From: an uncultured Candidatus Saccharibacteria bacterium | Lineage (GTDB): Bacteria; Patescibacteriota; Minisyncoccia; Phycocordibacterales; UBA918 | Length of the DNA stretch: 64,000 nt | Direction of reading: 5' to 3' | Assembly: GCA_964552045.1 (NCBI GenBank) | Contig: CAZKFF010000004.1 | Span: 20,368 to 84,367, forward strand | Part shown: piece by piece, positions 31,301 through 37,300 of the stretch | How the letters are laid out: each line of letters starts with the position of its first letter | How positions within the stretch are numbered: position 1 is the stretch's first letter | The notes under the pieces: model-generated | Database searches by the model: none | Seen by the model: the letters and a program-made list of their open reading frames with translations, nothing else | What the model was told of the DNA's origin: nothing | Translations under genes and position numbers: made by a program

Positions 31301-34300
31301 GAGTGGTGTCCGTCCACGACATCTGCTGCCAGTACGGTCCTGAGCCTTCATTGAAATCAATGAGCGGCTGCCCAATGATCGTTCCGGAACTGCCCGGGTT
31401 CTGTACCGCGATCATGAACGGCTCCTTAAATGGCGCTGCTCCGACCGAACCATTGGACTCAAGCGTCTGCCGCGTTGTCCATGATGTTCCATTCCAGCCT
31501 GAATAATCGTAGCGGTCATTGACATCATCGTATGCCAGAAGCTGTATAAGCTGTGCGCCCGTGCGCTGCAGCTGCACGGTTGACGCATCAGAGATCGCGG
31601 CAATAGTCGCCTCGCCGGACCATCCACCATCATAGGTACGATAGCGGACTGCAGTAGTGTCGCTGTACGCGAGCATGATCTCACCGTCATTGGCGCCGCC
31701 GACCTCGAACATACAATCGACCGCACGCGACGTCTTAGAATTGCCCGCCGTATCAAGTTCAGTCCGCCCTGTCCAGCCGGAACCGGTCCATGGCACCACG
31801 CCGATGTCATTGTCGTTATCGATATAACACAAAGCCATGTCGTCTGATCCGACATCGGCAGCGATGCTTCCCCATTCGAAATCGTCTCCAAGTGCAACAC
31901 TCGCTGCACCTGTCCATGAGGAACCGTTCCACGCTCTCCACGAGAAGGATGCTGCACCGCCGTTGGAAACAGCAACAACAGCCTGGTCGCCGCTTTCTTC
32001 GTACGAAGCTGCTATACCTTCATTGATATCTTCAGACATAGCGCCCCAAGTGACAAAGTTTCCCCACGAAGATCCGTCCCACACCATCGCTTCATAATCT
32101 GATCCGAGGATATCGCGCACAATGGCAATGATCTCGTCAGAATCAGGATCGGATATGAGGCGGACCCATCCGCAGGCGTTCGTACCCGTGCGGTCAATGT
32201 CACCTTCATCAGACCAGGAGGTGCCATTCCAGATATGGTAGGAAGGATCTGCATTTCCGTCGCAGGCGACCGCAACGGCATCCCCCGAATTCGTTTCATA
32301 GGCTATATCAAAACCGCGCATGTCGACGTTCGAAATAGACGTGCTTATCTCTTCTAGGTTGCCCCATGCCCCGTTCTTGAACACCTGCAAATTGACATCC
32401 CCGTCGCTCCCGAGCGTTCCGGTGATGTATTCATTCTCTATCGGAGAGGACCGGGTCACGATCCAGTTGATGGTCGCTCCCACATTGAGCGCGCTCGATT
32501 CTGTGCTCCATGCAGTGCCTGACCAGCGCCGGTAGCGCGGCGTGGTGACGGTTCCTTCCGCGTACACGACGATTGATTCATCAGAGGTGGTTGCAACCGT
32601 AACAGTATCCCCCGACTGGGTATAGAGCCCGGAGAGAAGGTTATTGTCGAACTGCGACTGCGTTGTCTGGAACCAGGTAGAGACCGTAACCGACGTATCC
32701 ACCGTGAAGCTGCGCGGTGTTGTGTAGAACGAATAGGTATTCGAACCAAGCGGATCGCGCGCGCGAACCCTCCACCAGTAGGTAGTGCCATTGCTGAGCG
32801 CATCGCCTGCCTGCACTTCAAAGCGGATACTGTCGCCCGATGAGAACGGACTCGTGTCCGCGCCGCTGTCGACATTGGTGAATCCTGTATTCGTATCGGA
32901 TGTGCGCGTGGTCGGAGCCGAGAAGTCATAGCTTGTCGACCATTGGAGCTGATAGATGAGGTCGTTATCCTGCGGATCGGTGGTGGTGAATTCGAACGTC
33001 GGGGTGGTTGTGCTCACTTTTTCGTTCGCAAACGGCTCGCTGATGGTCGGTGTCTCGATGAGATAATCCCAGTCGACGCTCCAGCTTTGGATCGACGGCG
33101 ATGCGCCTGAATCAGTCAGATCAGCAGCGATACGGATCTCCGCATAGACGGTCTTATCAACCCCAAGGAGACTCACCGGCGATGTATCGAAGCCGGTGCT
33201 GTTGCCGGGGAGATCAGCATCAGGGATATCAGTCCAGGTATCATTGTCGTTGTACTGGATCGAATACTTCACATCACTCGATGTCTCCGTGTCTGCAAAG
33301 ACGAAATCGCCCCATGCAGTACCGAGTTCGCCTTCTTCGAAGGTGATCGGATCGCTGTAGACCGTACCAGTAGCGAACGGCGAGAGTATTTGCATCTGAT
33401 CGGACACGGCCGCCTCGACATTGAGGAGCGTGTTCGTTTCAAACTGCTCTTGGGTCGTCTGGAACCAGGTAGAGACCGTAACAGACGTGTCCACCGTGAA
33501 GCTCTGGATGGTCGCCCATGAACCCCATGTATTAGAGCCGTTCGGATCACGCGCGCGGACCCGCCAGTAGTATGTGGTGCCGTTGTTCAATGCAGTCGCT
33601 GAGTTATATCGTATGAGCTCACCATTGGTGAACGGATCCTTATCAGCGGGAGTGGCGAGGTTCTGGAACAGTGTTGCGTTTGAAACTGTGTTGTGATCGA
33701 CAACCGCGGAGCTGAAATCATAATCGTTGTCGATCTGTATCTGGTACTCAAGGTCATCAGTCTCTTCGTCAGCGGCACTGAATTCGAAGTTCGGCGTGGT
33801 GGTACCGATCTTTTCATTATCGAAAAGCTTGAACAGATCAGGAGCGTTCGGAGCCTGGTTGGTCATTACCTGCGGGTATTCGCTGTATGCAAATAACGGA
33901 GTACCATCCTGCTGTACCATGCGGAAGCAATATATCGTACCGGCCTCTGCATTGTTTTGCTGTACAACGAAATCCCATTCACCGTAGTCATCAACCCCGA
34001 TCGGGTTTGGCACGCTCGCAGTCGGATTGTTCTCCTCATAGGTGGCGAGCACGGTGGTGCTTGCGAGCGTTGCCGATGCAAGCGTGTCACCATCGTTTAC
34101 CCCGGCATTTTCATACCCTCGCCACGCCGCTGAAGAGGTTGCGCTGCCCACATCGGACCACACGGAGATATCCGTGCACAAAGCGGTCGTCGTTCCATAC
34201 TGCAACTTGAAGGAATCCGCAGTCGAGGTGGAATTGGTCACCTGAAGCTGCATGCGTATGCGCAGCGCATCTCCGCTTGCTAGCGGCTCGTCTTCGGATG

Positions 34301-37300
34301 TGATCGGCTCATTCTCCAGAAGGTCTGCGGCTCCGGCAGGATACGGGTCACTTGGCGTATTGGCATTCTCGTTCGCATAAAAAAGGTATCCCGTTTGCGT
34401 ATACACCGGAACAGCACCGAGCTTCTTTCCATAGATCACCGTGAGATACGGCGGAAGGTTGTTCGCAGTCGAGAAATTCGTGACATCAACCAGGTGCGTG
34501 TGCGCACCACTGTTACCCGATGAGCCTGAGCGTGCATTATCGGTGATCGTCGCGTCACTACTTACGATACCAAAGATATCAGCGTGCGTATGCGTAGCCG
34601 ACCCGCCGGTGGTTCCGTAACTCGTAGCTCCTTTGACGAATCTGCCATTGAACGGGTCAGACGGCGATGACGACCGGTCGATCCACTGTGCAGGCGGCTC
34701 ATCCGACCACATTGCGATGGCGCCCTGAGGTGTGGATGTGGCGATCCCAGCGGTCGCAAAGATCACTTCGATGAATGGTGGTTCGCTGTTGATGCTTGCA
34801 GTATTGGACGACACGCTGTGCGCATGGTTGTCGGCAGCACCGGTTACCTGAGAGCCTCCAAAACGCGAGTTGAGCGTCGAGACGTTGGAAGCCGCGGTGG
34901 TGTTTCCGGTGATGTTGTGCGTGTGTGTATTGCTTCCGCCGTTGGCAATACTGTTTTCGCCGCGCGGATAACGGCCATCAAGCGCTGAGAGCCGTGTCCA
35001 ACCGGTTGGCAGTGACGCGTCATCGAACATCATGATCGCACCAGCAGGAATGGTCGCGGGATCTCCCGCGCTGTTGCTCTGGATGACGCGGAACTGGCGA
35101 TATGCCGGCAGGTTTGAGACCGTGGAGATATTCGGGGTATACAAGTGCGAGTGCGTAGGGATACTGATCTCGCCTGAGCCGTTGTTCTCCGTATTGGTGG
35201 TATTGCTCGAGTTGACCACACCCGTTGCCGTGTGCGTGTGCGTGGTCGCGCCTCCAGTGGTGTTATAGGTATCGCCGCCCATAGGGAACCGCTGGTAGAA
35301 CGTGCCTGATCCGCAGGACAGACAGGTCCAGCCAGCAGGGATCGCAGCGCCGCTGTTCCAGAAGACGATCAGGTTCCCGGTCGCGTCAGACGCGATCTGC
35401 CACTGCCGGTGTTCTTCGAAGACCACACTGTTCATGTTCGTTGCTGCAACGCTCTCCATCGGCTGCGGTTCAGACAATACCGGAGCAGGTATTGCTCCTG
35501 ATCCAATTTCTGGAGCCGTTGTTGCCGATTGCTCTGCCTCCGGCTCCGTAAGTGCATCGGATGTTTCCGGTACTTCTTCCCCTTGTGTGTCCTGCGGCAT
35601 GCCCGCAGCCGGCACTTCCTCCGTACCCTGCTCCGTATCCTGTGGTGTTTCAACAACAGGCAGCGGCGCTGAAGTTGTTGCACCCGCTTCAAACAGGTCC
35701 GGCAGTTCTGAAGGCGTCGTGGTGCTTTCGCCTGCCGGCATCGGTGATGATGCCGGAGTGGTTGTAGCAGTCGATGATGCAGTTTCGTCGGCCGTACGCA
35801 TTGACTCGGGCAGTTCACCCTCAAGTCGTGCCGAACCGACCGTGTACAGATACGGCGAAATGTCAGGTGCATCAAAAGTGTATGCAAAACTCTGGCTCAC
35901 ACCGGCTTCCAGGGAAACGTCCCATGAGAGTTCCTGCACATCATGCTTCGTGCTGATTGCTGCGTCAGTTTTTGTGATGACAAACGACGAGGGGACCTGT
36001 TCAATGAGGGTTCCTTCCCAGGCTTCCTGTGCAGTAAGCGTTATTTCCATCGGATACTGCTCCAGTGGATATACGCGGCTCGGGCCTTTGCGCTCCAATA
36101 CAAACGGCAGGTTCTCTTCCACCATAAAGGTGTCTATGGTATGCGCCGCGATAGTGCCGTCTGCGTCAATACGCTCGAGGTACATTTCATGTTCACCTGC
36201 AACTTCAGGGGTGAATACCGCAGCGTAATCAGGCACATCAACGACATTGTTTCCATTGCAGAGACCCGATGCCTGAACCGGCACCTTTGAAAGAACTTCC
36301 TGCGGATCAATGATATACAGCGACAGTGCGGCATCGCAGATAGTATTGCCGTTCTGAGAAAGCGCTCCCATCGATATCTCGACCGTATCGCCAAGTTCGT
36401 AGGCTGTCTGATTTGAGTTTATGGAAAGAAGCCCCCACTGGAATGAGAACGTATCAGTGTATGTTGCACCGCCTTCATTGATCGTTATCTCAACAAGGTA
36501 TTCTCCCGGACGCAGGCGTTCACGATCCTCCTCTTCCAATTGAATGTTGATGATTCCTTCATCAGTGATACTGACCTCCGGAGTTATCCCTACATCGCCA
36601 ATGTCCTTATGGACGAAGGAGACTGCTTCTACCTCGGCGAGCTTACGACCGAACAGATCGCGGAAGAACCGTACTGCGAGGTTGCGTTGCGACGTATACT
36701 TCAGGCTGAAATGCGGCAGCTCTTCACGGGTGAAGTCTATGTCTTCGCTCATGAGCGTATGCATCGACGGATCAGACAGACGCCGCAAGAGATCCCGCAC
36801 CAATCGTGCATGGAGCAGTTCTTTGTCGAGATGTTCAACTTCGATCTGCAGCCATGCGGTGTCGATGTACACTCCACCGAGTTGCTCCGTATCACCTTTG
36901 TATACAACTTCGACTTCAACATCATTGAGCTCGGCAATGCTTGCTATCTGCGGCAGCGCAAACAGGAAATAACCGCCGTTGAGTGCATTGGATACCTCAC
37001 CGTCTATAACGATCGTGCCCACCTGCTGTGTGGACGAGGGCGTTTTGTAATTGATCTCCAGCACAGGCGCTGAGGATGACGCTTTTGGTTCATACTGCGC
37101 CGCCAGAGACATGCGCAGCTGCATGCCCGTTATGAACTCACCGCGCTTGAGCTCCGGAGCACTGAAGTCCGACAGGGTAAATACGTACTGCGAAGGCGGC
37201 TCTGCTGGAGCTTCAGATTCCTCAAGTACGTCGCCAGTTGTCGTTGCCTGATCCTGCGAAATGGTTTCTTCCGTTGATGTTGCCTGCAAAGTATTCGGTG

